Shown here piece by piece: positions 21,793 to 31,720 of a stretch of 64,000 nt of DNA. The stretch spans positions 448,001 to 512,000 of the forward strand of contig CBDCWC010000002.1 of the NCBI GenBank assembly GCA_965223295.1, in the 5' to 3' direction. Under the pieces are notes generated by a model that was not told the origin of the DNA, ran no database searches, and worked only from the letters and a program-made list of their open reading frames with translations. Every line of letters begins with the position of its first letter. Positions within the stretch are counted from its first letter, which is position 1. The DNA is from Nitrospirales bacterium. Lineage in GTDB: Bacteria > Nitrospirota > Nitrospiria > Nitrospirales > UBA8639. Position numbers and translations under genes: made by a program.

Positions 21793-22725
21793 ATGGATCC
21801 TTCTCGAAAGTGTCTTCAATTTTACCAGGCAGATGTCTTTACAGATGAACCGTTTGGTGGAAATCCTCTCGCGGTCTTTCCGGATGCTGGCGACCTTACC
21901 GAACGCGAATTTCAGCAAATTGCCCGAGAGATGAATCTTTCGGAAACTGTATTTGTTCTACCGCCGAAAGACCCTAAGGCTGCGGCAAAAATTCGTATTT
22001 TTACCCCCTCACAAGAAATTCCCTTTGCCGGGCATCCGGTATTAGGGACATTTTTTGTATTAGGATCACTGAAACGGTTAGAGCTGCAGGAGCCTGTGAC
22101 CCATGTATTCTATGAATGCCATTTGGGGGTATTCCCGCTTGAGCTCATTGTGTTGAAAGGCAAGATTGAACAGGTGGCGATGTCCCAGCCGGCTCCAGAG
22201 TTTCTGGAGGTTGTCAGTGATGTTGCAGTTGTTTACGAACTGGCCAAAGCCTTTGGGATCCACAAATCGTTGATTGCCGACTCTCCCTTTCCCGTTGAAG
22301 TGGTCTCAACAGGTTTGCCCGTGTTGATTGTGCCGATTCGCACCCTTACTGGGATCAGGTCCATGCAAGTGAATCATTCGGCTGTTCAAGAAGTCTGCGC
22401 TCGTTTGGGCTCAAATGGCATCATGGTTTTTACCACGATGACGGTTGAAGAAAATGCCTCGGTCCATACCCGTATGTTTGCAGATCCAATTGGAATCCAT
22501 GAAGATCCTGCGACAGGCAGTGCAAGTGGCGCCTTAGGTGCCTATCTGGTGAAAAACGGTGTCGTGGAAGTGGGACCTATCACGGAAGTTGTGGTTGAGC
22601 AGGGCTACGAAATGGATCGTCCTTCTCGAATATTGGTCCAAGTTTCCTCAGATGATGATATGATTCAGGAAGTCAAAGTTGGCGGTCAGGTGGTCATGGT
22701 CGCTGAAGGCAAGATGGTCTATTAG
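21793..22725 (+). CDS. PhzF family isomerase/epimerase
   Basis: DVFT..PFGGNPLAV, EMNLSETVF, EIPFAGHP, EDPATGSA. Confidence 0.93.
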   Translation: MDPSRKCLQFYQADVFTDEPFGGNPLAVFPDAGDLTEREFQQIAREMNLSETVFVLPPKDPKAAAKIRIFTPSQEIPFAGHPVLGTFFVLGSLKRLELQEPVTHVFYECHLGVFPLELIVLKGKIEQVAMSQPAPEFLEVVSDVAVVYELAKAFGIHKSLIADSPFPVEVVSTGLPVLIVPIRTLTGIRSMQVNHSAVQEVCARLGSNGIMVFTTMTVEENASVHTRMFADPIGIHEDPATGSASGALGAYLVKNGVVEVGPITEVVVEQGYEMDRPSRILVQVSSDDDMIQEVKVGGQVVMVAEGKMVY

Positions 22726-22752
22726 ATAAGTAGTTGTGAGAATGCAATGCTC

Positions 22753-23292
22753 CTATTTCGCCAGTTCTCCGGCTATGTGACCTATTTCAGGAAGGATCAA
22801 CTGCTCCATGGCCAGGCGAACTGCGCCTTGTGAGCCTGGAATAGAAAAAACAGCAAGATGTTCATGGATGCCAGCTACTGCACGGCTGAGCATAGCAGGC
22901 GACCCAATGTCCTTATAGCTTAAATAGCGGAATAACTCCCCAAAACCGTCTAAGTGTTTTTGTAGAAAATCATCCACAGCTTCAAATGTCGAATCTCGTC
23001 GGGAAATCCCGGTTCCTCCATTAATAATGATCACTTGTTTGTCGGTCTGCTGAGCGGCTTGTTGCAGAAGCTGAGAGATTTCGGCTGGTTCATCTTTGAT
23101 GAGATGGTATTCGCTAATCGAGTGGCCTTGTTCTTTGAGTAAATGACAAATCAACTTTCCACTCGTATCGCTCTCTTTAGTCCGGGTATCACTGCAAGTA
23201 ACGACAACGCAGGAAAGGGAGAGAGTCGCATGGGCCTTATGGGAAACATGCGATGGTTGCGCATGGTCGGTGTGCTGGTGGTGATCACCCAT
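22753..23292 (-). CDS. moaB: Molybdenum cofactor biosynthesis protein MoaB/Mog
   Basis: SDTRT..SDTSG, NGGTGISRRDST.EA, GFGELFR, PGS..AVRLA; His-rich N-terminus. Confidence 0.9.
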   Translation of the reverse strand: MGDHHQHTDHAQPSHVSHKAHATLSLSCVVVTCSDTRTKESDTSGKLICHLLKEQGHSISEYHLIKDEPAEISQLLQQAAQQTDKQVIIINGGTGISRRDSTFEAVDDFLQKHLDGFGELFRYLSYKDIGSPAMLSRAVAGIHEHLAVFSIPGSQGAVRLAMEQLILPEIGHIAGELAK

Positions 23293-23319
23293 AGTGATGT
23301 ACTCTTATGTGGGAGGACG

Positions 23320-23646
23320 TTATGACCACACTGAGTCAGGGTTGAGTTGAGCTGCGGGCTCACCTTTTTTAATATGTTCGTCTAAGATCACCGCAACATC
23401 TTCATCCTTGACCTGTGAATACCAGGTCCCAGTTGGATACACCACGACATTGGGCCCTTGTTCGCATGGCCCCAGGCAAGTCGTTCCTGTCACGAGAACC
23501 TCTCCGGGTTCCACTCCACGTTCAATGAGTCCCATATTTAAGGCCATGAGTAAATTTTGTGCACCGGCTGCGCCACAAGACGGTTTTGGATGCCCGGGAG
23601 GACGGGCATTTGTACAAACGAGTATGTGATATTTTGGTTTTGGCAT
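23320..23646 (-). CDS. Thioredoxin-like [2Fe-2S] ferredoxin
   Basis: HILVCTN.R....SC...CLGPCEQGPNVVVYP.GTWY. Confidence 0.92.
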   Translation of the reverse strand: MPKPKYHILVCTNARPPGHPKPSCGAAGAQNLLMALNMGLIERGVEPGEVLVTGTTCLGPCEQGPNVVVYPTGTWYSQVKDEDVAVILDEHIKKGEPAAQLNPDSVWS

Positions 23647-23705
23647 GGAGCCTCCTTATTGTGAATGGTGTTGAAGGTATAGAGAAGAGTCTGTCTGTTG
23701 TGATA

Positions 23706-24149
23706 TTAGTGAGAACGGAAGAGGTCCCACATATCACTGCATTCGTTTGGCAATTTCCAATGTCGGACGCCCGCCATGACCCAGTCCAAATAATGGTCTT
23801 TCGCTTTGAATTTTCCAATGGCTTGTCCGATATGGGTTGTGACAAATTCCTTTTGGTCGTTTTCCGTAAAGACATGAATTTCTACGTGGCGAAAAGCTTC
23901 TTCCGGGAGATCCCCTTCGAATTTGTCCAATTCCTGAACGTCTTCGGGAGTTAATTCAAACACGGACCCCCAGACGCGTTCACCGGCAGAGGGTGTAATT
24001 GTGGCGAGCCCGCACCGCCATTGATTAGACCATCGTCCGAAGGTGATGGTGTGATCCGGGACATAGGCGTTGAATAAAAATTGGTGTTCTGGGGCGCGTC
24101 GTTTCAGTTGGGTTGGATTGAGATTGTCGGCATACATAAAAAATCGCAT
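23706..24149 (-). CDS. Gamma-glutamylcyclotransferase family protein
   Basis: FF.YADNL (cf. YFAYGSNL), VWG.VFEL, LDKFEG; RBS before ATG at 24149. Confidence 0.82.
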   Translation of the reverse strand: MRFFMYADNLNPTQLKRRAPEHQFLFNAYVPDHTITFGRWSNQWRCGLATITPSAGERVWGSVFELTPEDVQELDKFEGDLPEEAFRHVEIHVFTENDQKEFVTTHIGQAIGKFKAKDHYLDWVMAGVRHWKLPNECSDMWDLFRSH

Positions 24150-24318
24150 AAATGACATCCTGTTCGTTGGAGGGACAGGTAGTATTACCATACTGCCTTT
24201 GCAGACTGTCAAGAAAAGATTTGGTCTAATAGTCGATGGAAGAAAGAGGAAAGGATAGTCAAGAAATGTTAGGCAACGGCAGAAAGAGGCATTCGGGTCA
24301 GAGAAACCGGAAAACGTT

Positions 24319-24867
24319 TTAGAAGGTCTTTGGGGTAAGGTGGAGTTGACGTTGCGAATGATCAAGGCGAACCAGAAAGCGATCGAAGAAACTGAGTCCT
24401 AGTAGACCATCAATGCCTTCAGGAAGATTGGGGATTGTGTGAATAACCACGCGAACATCATCCCGTCCGGTCTCTCCTACGCGAATTCTGGGGGCAATCC
24501 CCATCGTGGCTTGCACTTTGCCTCCGGCGGTCGTGAGGTTCACAGAAGAATTGCGAGGGTCAGATTTGATTCCAGTGTCAAAGGCGAGGTCTTCTGATAT
24601 TGTCGTAAACGTTGCCCCTGTGTCGACGATGAGTTTTGCCTGATGCAAATCATTAAATTCCACGCTGGCAATCCAGACTCCTCCTTCGCGTTCTAAGGGG
24701 ATTATCGAATCTTCTGATCCAGTCGTGATCTTCCCTGATGGTGCCGTTTCTCCTTTGACTTTCAGTAGCGTTTGATCGAGAGGGACTCGCTTGAAAATGG
24801 CTTGTCCTCCTACGACTGCTCCGATGATCACGAGTCCCATTAGGAGGAAAAATCGACTTGATCCCAT
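24319..24867 (-). CDS. Retropepsin-like (clan AA) aspartic protease, exported
   Basis: LIVDTGATFT catalytic motif, GLLGLSFF; N-terminal TM. Confidence 0.9.
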   Translation of the reverse strand: MGSSRFFLLMGLVIIGAVVGGQAIFKRVPLDQTLLKVKGETAPSGKITTGSEDSIIPLEREGGVWIASVEFNDLHQAKLIVDTGATFTTISEDLAFDTGIKSDPRNSSVNLTTAGGKVQATMGIAPRIRVGETGRDDVRVVIHTIPNLPEGIDGLLGLSFFDRFLVRLDHSQRQLHLTPKTF

Positions 24868-25229
24868 ACAAAAGGCTCCTTAGCAGTGCTGCAGAAACTA
24901 TTTGAGTGCTTGGTGGGTTCCCTGAGTCTGTTTGTCGGTTTCTTGGGGCGAACTCTTAACGGCGAAGGGATTTGTTATGCGTCGTTATGAACAATTTCTG
25001 TGATATAAAATTGTGTCTTTTGTTTTGTTCATTTCAGATCTTAGGGTAGATAAGTAGATGGCAGGAGATTTTTACTACAAACTACTTGCAATTGTTATTG
25101 ACATGTTTCAATGTACCTTCTTGCCTCAAATGGATAGAGCCGATCCCGTGGAAGAGGAAGTTTCTGTCTGCATTCACTTCCGGACCGAGTAAGTCCAAAG
25201 CAATCTTGAATGTGAACCTGGGGAATGGA

Positions 25230-27734
25230 TTACGCTAAAGAGATATTTTTGAGGCGTAGCGAATTGGTCACGACACTGACTGAGCTGAGAGCCATCGCGG
25301 CTGCAGCGAGGATGGGTTGAAGAAAACCGTATTCTCCAAACACCCATTGTAGCCCGTCCGGGACCCCACCTATGTACTGAAAAAATGGGTAGAGAATGCC
25401 GGCAGCTAGTGGAATGAGTGCAATATTATAAGCAAAAGCCCAGAACAAATTTTGGTGAATGGTCCGCATCGTAGACCGACTTAATTGAAAGGCCTTTTTG
25501 ATGCCCCGAAGGTCGCCACTCATTAAAGTAATCTGCGCTGTTTCCATAGCCACATCCGTCCCAGTTCCGATGGCAATACCCAAGTCGGCTTGAGCGAGTG
25601 CTGGAGCGTCATTAATTCCATCACCGACCATGGCCACGTGGTTCTTGCCGTGCTGTTGAAGTTTTTGAATTTCAGCGGCCTTTTCTTCAGGAAGGATCCC
25701 CGCATGAAATTGTGTAATGCCTACTTCAGAAGCAATGGCTTGAGCAACTTGATGATGGTCGCCAGTTAACATCACCACCTCGAGCCCTGCATCCGTCAGT
25801 TCTCGAACTGCTTCCTTGGCTTCGGGGCGAATGGTGTCGGCGACACCAATGACGCCTTCTATTTGTTTGTCGACACCCACCAGGACCGGAGTTTTTCCAG
25901 CTTGAGCCAGTGTTTGTACTGAATGAGCGACTCTGTCCATACTGCTGTTTCCCAATACTTTGGTCATATATGAAGTGTTCCCGATCGTCACAGTCTGTCC
26001 TTCAAGTGTGCCCTGGACGCCTTGTCCGGGAGTACTTGTAAAATTTGTGGGTTTTCTAAGCGTCACAGACTGTTGTACTGCGTGATCCACAATGGCTTCG
26101 GCCAACGGATGTTCCGATTGACGTTCTAAAGAAGCCGCTAGACGAAGAAGTTTCTGGTGATTCCATGTCGGGGCGATAATATCCGTGACCGTAGGTATGC
26201 CTCGTGTTAACGTCCCGGTTTTGTCTACCACCAGGACATTGATCCGATGAGCAGTTTCAAGAGCGGCACCATGACGAATTAAAATGCCTTGTTCGGCTCC
26301 TCGCCCTGTTCCAACCATAATCGCGGTAGGAGTTGCCAGCCCCAAAGCACAAGGGCAGGCAATAATTAGCACGGACACAAAAGTGAGAACGGCATAGGTT
26401 AAAGACGGTTCTGGCCCTAAGCTCCACCAGAGGAAAAAGGCTAAGGTTGCAATTCCCAGGACTGATGGAACAAAGATGCTGGCGATATAGTCAGCGACTC
26501 GCTGGATTGGAGGTTTGGAACCTTGGGCTTCCTGCACAAGTTGGACGAGACGGGCCAGAACTGTGTTCTTTCCAATTGCAGAAGTTTGAAAAAGAAAACT
26601 TCCGGAAGTATTCAGCGTACCGGTATAGACCTGAGAGCCAGGTTCCTTTTTTATAGGCAAGCTCTCCCCAGTGAGCATCGATTCATTGACAGAAGATTGT
26701 CCTTCTTGTACTACGCCATCCACTGGAATTTGTTCGCCAGGTCGCACAACTACGATGTCTCCCAATTGAACCTGTTCAATAGGAATGTCTTGATCTTCAT
26801 GGCCACGTCGAATTCTAGCTGTCTTAGGCCGTAAGCCCATGAGTGTGTGAATTGCTGAGGATGTTTGATTTTTTGCACGAGATTCCAGATAGCGTCCCAA
26901 GAGAATCAAGGCAATAATGATGACAGCCGTGTCGTAGTATATGGCTGCCGCAATTCCGGGGGTTTCGACGAGTGACGGGACAAAGGTCGCAACCGCGCTG
27001 TATCCATAAGCCGCTAGTGTGCCGATTGCAATGAGAGTGTTCATATTCGTCGTGCGATGTTTCGCTGATTTCCATGCGGCAGAATAAATTGGCTGTCCGG
27101 CCCACAACAAAACGAAACTGGTCAGAATGAAGAGGCTGGTATGACGAACTCCCATTGGCAAGACGGAGAAGCTTGGCAGCAAGTTCATTGTGCCCAGCAT
27201 AACAAGAAGCCCAGCAATTCCACTTACAATAGCTCGTTGAAGTAGTAGGCGTTCCTCAGTCTTTTGCGATTCAGGTATTTCTGCATTGGACGAAAACCCG
27301 CTTTCCGGTTCAAGGAGAATAGAATATCCTGCATCTCTAATGGCCTGTTGAAGCTCATGTGCTTTGGTGTCTGAAGCCCATGTGGTAATGGTGGCTGTGT
27401 GTGTTGCTAAGTTGACATTTGCGGTTTGAACGCCAGGCACAGCTCGTACGGCTTTTTCGACATGATTGACGCAGGACGCACAGGTCATTCCACCAATGTT
27501 TATCGTGTGAGTCTCAAGGGGGATTTCATACCCACCTTTCTCAATGGCATTAGTGAGTAATTGAGTTGATGCAAGGGTGGGATCAAAATCCACAGAGGCT
27601 GTTTGGGTGGCCAGGTTTACGGAGGCAAGTGATACCCCTGGGATGGCTTTCAAGGCACGTTCCACGTGACTGACACATGAAGCGCATGTCATCCCACGAA
27701 TAGGAAGTGAGGCATGGGTGACTTGAGTTGTCAT
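25230..27734 (-). CDS. copA: Copper-translocating P1B-type ATPase
   Basis: Two GMTCASC metal-binding domains, [27 protein letters not shown] and MALSS motifs. Confidence 0.97.
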   Translation of the reverse strand: MTTQVTHASLPIRGMTCASCVSHVERALKAIPGVSLASVNLATQTASVDFDPTLASTQLLTNAIEKGGYEIPLETHTINIGGMTCASCVNHVEKAVRAVPGVQTANVNLATHTATITTWASDTKAHELQQAIRDAGYSILLEPESGFSSNAEIPESQKTEERLLLQRAIVSGIAGLLVMLGTMNLLPSFSVLPMGVRHTSLFILTSFVLLWAGQPIYSAAWKSAKHRTTNMNTLIAIGTLAAYGYSAVATFVPSLVETPGIAAAIYYDTAVIIIALILLGRYLESRAKNQTSSAIHTLMGLRPKTARIRRGHEDQDIPIEQVQLGDIVVVRPGEQIPVDGVVQEGQSSVNESMLTGESLPIKKEPGSQVYTGTLNTSGSFLFQTSAIGKNTVLARLVQLVQEAQGSKPPIQRVADYIASIFVPSVLGIATLAFFLWWSLGPEPSLTYAVLTFVSVLIIACPCALGLATPTAIMVGTGRGAEQGILIRHGAALETAHRINVLVVDKTGTLTRGIPTVTDIIAPTWNHQKLLRLAASLERQSEHPLAEAIVDHAVQQSVTLRKPTNFTSTPGQGVQGTLEGQTVTIGNTSYMTKVLGNSSMDRVAHSVQTLAQAGKTPVLVGVDKQIEGVIGVADTIRPEAKEAVRELTDAGLEVVMLTGDHHQVAQAIASEVGITQFHAGILPEEKAAEIQKLQQHGKNHVAMVGDGINDAPALAQADLGIAIGTGTDVAMETAQITLMSGDLRGIKKAFQLSRSTMRTIHQNLFWAFAYNIALIPLAAGILYPFFQYIGGVPDGLQWVFGEYGFLQPILAAAAMALSSVSVVTNSLRLKNISLA

Positions 27735-27746
27735 AACAGTCAATCG

Positions 27747-27968
27747 TTACTGTGGTGGTTGCCCCATCGTGTAGCCAGCTTCTTTGAGCGTTGATACCAT
27801 TGTTTCATAGGTCAGCAGGGTGGAGTCATATTCTACCATTGCTTCCTGTTTTTCGAGATTCACTGCAAGCTGAGAAATACCAGGAAGACTGTTGAACGCT
27901 TGTTCCACATGTCGTACGCAATTGCCGCAGGTCATGCCCTGAATAGGAAAATATTCACGTTTGGTCAT
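27747..27968 (-). CDS. copZ: Copper chaperone CopZ
   Basis: GMTCGNC HMA motif, 73 aa, directly upstream of copA. Confidence 0.92.
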   Translation of the reverse strand: MTKREYFPIQGMTCGNCVRHVEQAFNSLPGISQLAVNLEKQEAMVEYDSTLLTYETMVSTLKEAGYTMGQPPQ

Positions 27969-27996
27969 TTTTCCGCCTCCTTGTTAAGACACCAGT

Positions 27997-28260
27997 TTAC
28001 CGCCCAACCGTATAGAGTGAGCGAAGTTCATTAATAATCTGTTCGGCCTTGCCTTTTTGAATGCCATCCACCACACAAGTTTGAAGGTGGCCGTCAAGTA
28101 GTAGCGCTTCAAGCTTTTCAATGGCTTTTCGAATCGCATGCGTTTGTTTCAAAATATCGACGCAATAGCGGTCTTCTTCCAGCATTTTTCTGACGCCCTG
28201 CAGATGTCCTTCAATATAGGCCAATCGTTTGATGGCATCAGAATGAATATCTGGGGTCAT
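27997..28260 (-). CDS. csoR: CsoR/RcnR family copper-sensing repressor
   Basis: RLAYIEGHL.GV.KM....YC.DIL.Q and HL.TCV (C-H-C ligands). Confidence 0.92.
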   Translation of the reverse strand: MTPDIHSDAIKRLAYIEGHLQGVRKMLEEDRYCVDILKQTHAIRKAIEKLEALLLDGHLQTCVVDGIQKGKAEQIINELRSLYTVGR

Positions 28261-28295
28261 AGATGAGTTCTCCTCTTAGTCCTTGATTTTTTATA

Positions 28296-28318
28296 ACCCA
28301 TACCCATAGGGTATGGGT
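28296..28318. promoter_or_regulatory. Probable CsoR operator
   Basis: Perfect inverted repeat ACCCATACCC-ATA-GGGTATGGGT ~35 bp upstream of csoR; fits the TACC..GGTA G/C-tract CsoR operator type. Confidence 0.85.
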
Positions 28319-28511
28319 ATATTCTCATTTCTCTCATCCTGAGTCAAGACTGGAATTTCTGGTGGGTTGAGAGTTATGCCAATTTGTTGCGTGTTAGGAC
28401 GAGAAGGTTTTTGGTTAACGTCGTTGTTGAATGTTCTTGCCTTCTATCCGAGAAACAGATGTTTCACTTCATTGTTCATCCTTAAGTCTGTGATCTCTTC
28501 CTCCGACAAAC

Positions 28512-29093
28512 ATGGAAAACGGAGGGAGTTTCTTTATGTTTTTACGATTACTTGGAATAATTGTCGTATGTTCAGTTTGGGGTTGCGAATCCCTATCGAT
28601 GAATCATCGTACGTCGGAAGCCGAACAAACCGTTCCGACCAAGCCGATTTTGACGTCCTTTCCCACAGCACTCGACCCTGAATCATCGGCTCTTGCTGAT
28701 CGTATGGTGATTCCTGAGAATGCAGGTGAGCAGAAAGTCTCTGAGATGCACACGCAGGTTGAACCTTTTCCGACAATTTATTTCCCATTTGATAGTTGGG
28801 AAATTACTCCTGAAGTGAGGGAACGTCTTGATGCTACCGCAGAATGGATGACACATTTTTCAAGCTATGGACTCACCATTGAGGGCCATACCGATATTCG
28901 AGGGAGTGAAAGTTATAATATGGTGTTAGGTGTAAAACGGGCCAAGGCGGTAAAAGAATATCTAGTACATTTGGGTGTTCCCCGTACTCGCTTAGATATC
29001 GTTTCCTATGGAAATGTCTTAGTGCTTTGTGATGTAGATGATGAACACCGCTGTCATCAATTCAATCGGCGGGCCGACTTACTGTTGGAATAG
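28512..29093 (+). CDS. OmpA/Pal-family peptidoglycan-associated lipoprotein
   Basis: Lipobox VWGC; IYFPFDS, IEGHTD.RGS..YN..LG..RA..V..YL, NRRA. Confidence 0.88.
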   Translation: MENGGSFFMFLRLLGIIVVCSVWGCESLSMNHRTSEAEQTVPTKPILTSFPTALDPESSALADRMVIPENAGEQKVSEMHTQVEPFPTIYFPFDSWEITPEVRERLDATAEWMTHFSSYGLTIEGHTDIRGSESYNMVLGVKRAKAVKEYLVHLGVPRTRLDIVSYGNVLVLCDVDDEHRCHQFNRRADLLLE

Positions 29094-29855
29094 ATATTTT
29101 TGAAGCTCCAGTGAGCAGTCTCGTCTTTTTTTATCTAACCTATCAGAGTTTCTTGTTCTCTCCTTGTCGTTAAACATGCAAGGAGTATGTTCGCAACGAT
29201 AGCGGTCCCTCTCTTTTTCTGGTTATCCCTTACCTTTCCGGACGGGTTTCTTCCCTGCGCCTTGGTTGTACGTATGCGTCTCGAGAATGGAGGCCATTGT
29301 GAAAATTCTCAGCAATCAAAGCTTAAGAGACTGTGAGACGTTGGGTTTTCCTGCGATGCTTGTTCCTTTCTTCTCTGTTAGTGAGTCCCACCCACTTTTT
29401 TAATTAAAAAACAATACATTTTTAAAGGGTTTTCTGTTTCAGCTTGAGGCCGACTGAAAGAGTTGAAGTTATTCACCGTTTTTGTTCCCATGGGGGTAAC
29501 TATGGGAACAGCCTCGTGGAGTTGTAAGGAGAAAAGATCTATAACTCACGGAATACATCGTATCGTGGCGAAGTCCTAAGGAATGAAAACTCTTTACTCA
29601 GTAAGGATGAAATATGCCTTGAAATCATACTGAGGCCCCAGCAAGCGGTGAAAGGGGCTTACGGCAGCTATAGGTTAGATAATCGCTGAGGCTGTTAAAA
29701 AGGTCAACGGCAAACAGTTGATAGGCCACTCTGAAAATTTGAGGGACTCGCCTAGTTATGTCTTATCAAACCAGGTTGTATCTATCGGTAAGCCAGCCGG
29801 CAAACCGTATGCATGATTTATAACGGACAGTAAATCCTAAACAAGGAGGAAAGCG

Positions 29856-31535
29856 ATGAAGCTCACGAGACGGCAACTTATGGTACGTATGAGAGGTGAT
29901 GATGTTGAATTGCTTCAGAAAGAGCTGAAACTTTTAGGTTATTCGATTAGGGATAGGAAAGGATTTTTTGGTAGATCAACCAAAAAGGCGGTGCGGAAAT
30001 TCCAAGAGATTGCTGGTCTCGAAACGACAGGAGTTGTCGATCAAAGTACAGCTCGTTTGATTAATGAAGCTGTGGACAAACTGCAGCGTGGATTGCGGCG
30101 TAAATATCGAATTCACCCGGGGATTGGAATTGGGCGGCTTGGAAATGCAAAAACCGATTACTATATTGGTCCTGAGGTCTCATCACTCGATTTTCAACCT
30201 GAACCAGATGGAAATTATCGGGATGCTCGTGGAAAAATTCGAAGACAGGCTCAGAGATTTCGAATTTATGAGTACACCTATAGCGATAATTCAACTGAGC
30301 CACAGATGGTGCGGGAAATCACATGGAAGGATGCAGAAATCCACTGGGAAGTTGAACTTTCTAATCGAAAGCCTTTTGTCCAGAATAATGGCGAACGGGA
30401 ATCTGTTCCATTAAGTCCTGGAGTAAAAGCTATTAGCGGTCTTCGGCAGTCTCTTGCAGTGAGTTCATCAATATTTGGGACTTCAGTGCAATTAGGAACC
30501 CTTTCTACCGACAACGATGGCCGCTTGTTAGTATTAGGAGGTTTTGGGAAATCTGACTCGCCAGATGGAGCACCATTAGTCGGTCTGTACAGCCCTGGTT
30601 GGTATGATGATGTGTCTGATGGGCCGGTACGTGCTTCGATTCAACTTAGAGATACTGGTGAACGTCCTGCCGTCGAGGCGGCCTGGGTGATTATAGGAGT
30701 GCCAGCCTATGCCACACCAATCATTAATATTGTAACGCTCTATGATCTTATTTTTCAAAAGAGTATGGAGTTGCCACCACCTCATAGAATTGTTCCACCG
30801 ACAGAGGTTTCTTTTACAAAAGACATTTTTCCGATTTTACAGCGAACGGCCCTCATTGTATGGACCAGTGGACGTGCAAGAGGCTTTCATGACTTTCTTA
30901 ATAGTGAACGTATTAAACTTCTACGAAACAATGATTCGCGAGTCGGCTCGGCGGCACGAAATGCTCGTGAAGCCATTTTTAGCCGAGTGAATAATCCCAC
31001 TCCACCACCTTCAAGGGGTTCCATGCCTCTCTTAACAGGACTGACTGTCACTCCTTATCAATACACAATCTTAGAAAAATGGAGTAAGGGCGATTTTCTT
31101 GCAGATTGGAACGGTGCACCAAAACAGCAAAAATTTGATGCTCTCTCGCCGCAAGATCAAGTGGTTGAGTTGGAGAAAGCGGCACTGGGCTCAATTGTTG
31201 GTGGCTCATTTCATCCAGGAATTGAAGTCGGTGCAATGGTTAATGATGTGACAACCTATGAGCGTCCCTTTCGGATTAATACAGATCTTCTTCCCGGGGC
31301 TTTGACCGAATCACTTTCCATCCCCTGGCAGGCTGATTTTCGGGCATGTGGTACAGGTTGGTGGCCAGGCGGACGTCCCAATAGTGTGACTGCCGATGGC
31401 ACACAGTTTTATGATTGGATACCCCAGGACTGGGATTTCTTAGATACGGTTGAAAATTGGTGGAAACTTGGATTTATCAAGAAAAAGGTTCGTCGTGGGA
31501 ATACCGTGTATACCGAGGCAGAACGGAAGGTGTAA
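29856..31535 (+). CDS. LodA/GoxA family CTQ-dependent amino-acid oxidase with N-terminal peptidoglycan-binding domain
   Basis: YRIHPGIGIGRLGN, IRRQAQRFRIY, GRLLVLGG.G, WYDDVSDGPV, FHPGIE, PWQADFRAC..WWP..RP, W.KLGF; PG_binding_1-like first ~75 aa; GGAGG RBS. Confidence 0.9.
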   Translation: MKLTRRQLMVRMRGDDVELLQKELKLLGYSIRDRKGFFGRSTKKAVRKFQEIAGLETTGVVDQSTARLINEAVDKLQRGLRRKYRIHPGIGIGRLGNAKTDYYIGPEVSSLDFQPEPDGNYRDARGKIRRQAQRFRIYEYTYSDNSTEPQMVREITWKDAEIHWEVELSNRKPFVQNNGERESVPLSPGVKAISGLRQSLAVSSSIFGTSVQLGTLSTDNDGRLLVLGGFGKSDSPDGAPLVGLYSPGWYDDVSDGPVRASIQLRDTGERPAVEAAWVIIGVPAYATPIINIVTLYDLIFQKSMELPPPHRIVPPTEVSFTKDIFPILQRTALIVWTSGRARGFHDFLNSERIKLLRNNDSRVGSAARNAREAIFSRVNNPTPPPSRGSMPLLTGLTVTPYQYTILEKWSKGDFLADWNGAPKQQKFDALSPQDQVVELEKAALGSIVGGSFHPGIEVGAMVNDVTTYERPFRINTDLLPGALTESLSIPWQADFRACGTGWWPGGRPNSVTADGTQFYDWIPQDWDFLDTVENWWKLGFIKKKVRRGNTVYTEAERKV

Positions 31536-31720
31536 GAGATACCTGTCAAAAAAGAATTTTTTAGAAAGTTGTCGCTGAAAATAAAGGCAAGGGACAAGTT
31601 GGCAATTAAACGATGTGATGGCTCTGGTGTTATTCAGTAACAGAAAGGTGAGGTTTGTATCAGGAGCCCATCAATGAATGAGTAGTCTATGTCTGCGTAA
31701 ACGAAAGGAATCGTTTCCAA

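Noticed and set aside
21793-22725. Phenazine biosynthesis cluster
   Set aside because: Lone PhzF homologue with no phzA/B/D/E/G; the DAHP synthase is class I and 12 kb away
24884-25000. Possible degenerate IS end (GTGCTGCAGAAACT)
   Set aside because: No convincing partner inverted repeat or target duplication
29690-29820. c-di-GMP-I riboswitch (GGCAAAC motifs) or group II intron fragment upstream of lodA
   Set aside because: The required following GAAA/GACGCAAAG elements and intron domain V were not found
29856-29890. Tat signal in LodA-like N-terminus (TRRQL)
   Set aside because: No hydrophobic h-region follows; the sequence runs directly into the PG-binding domain
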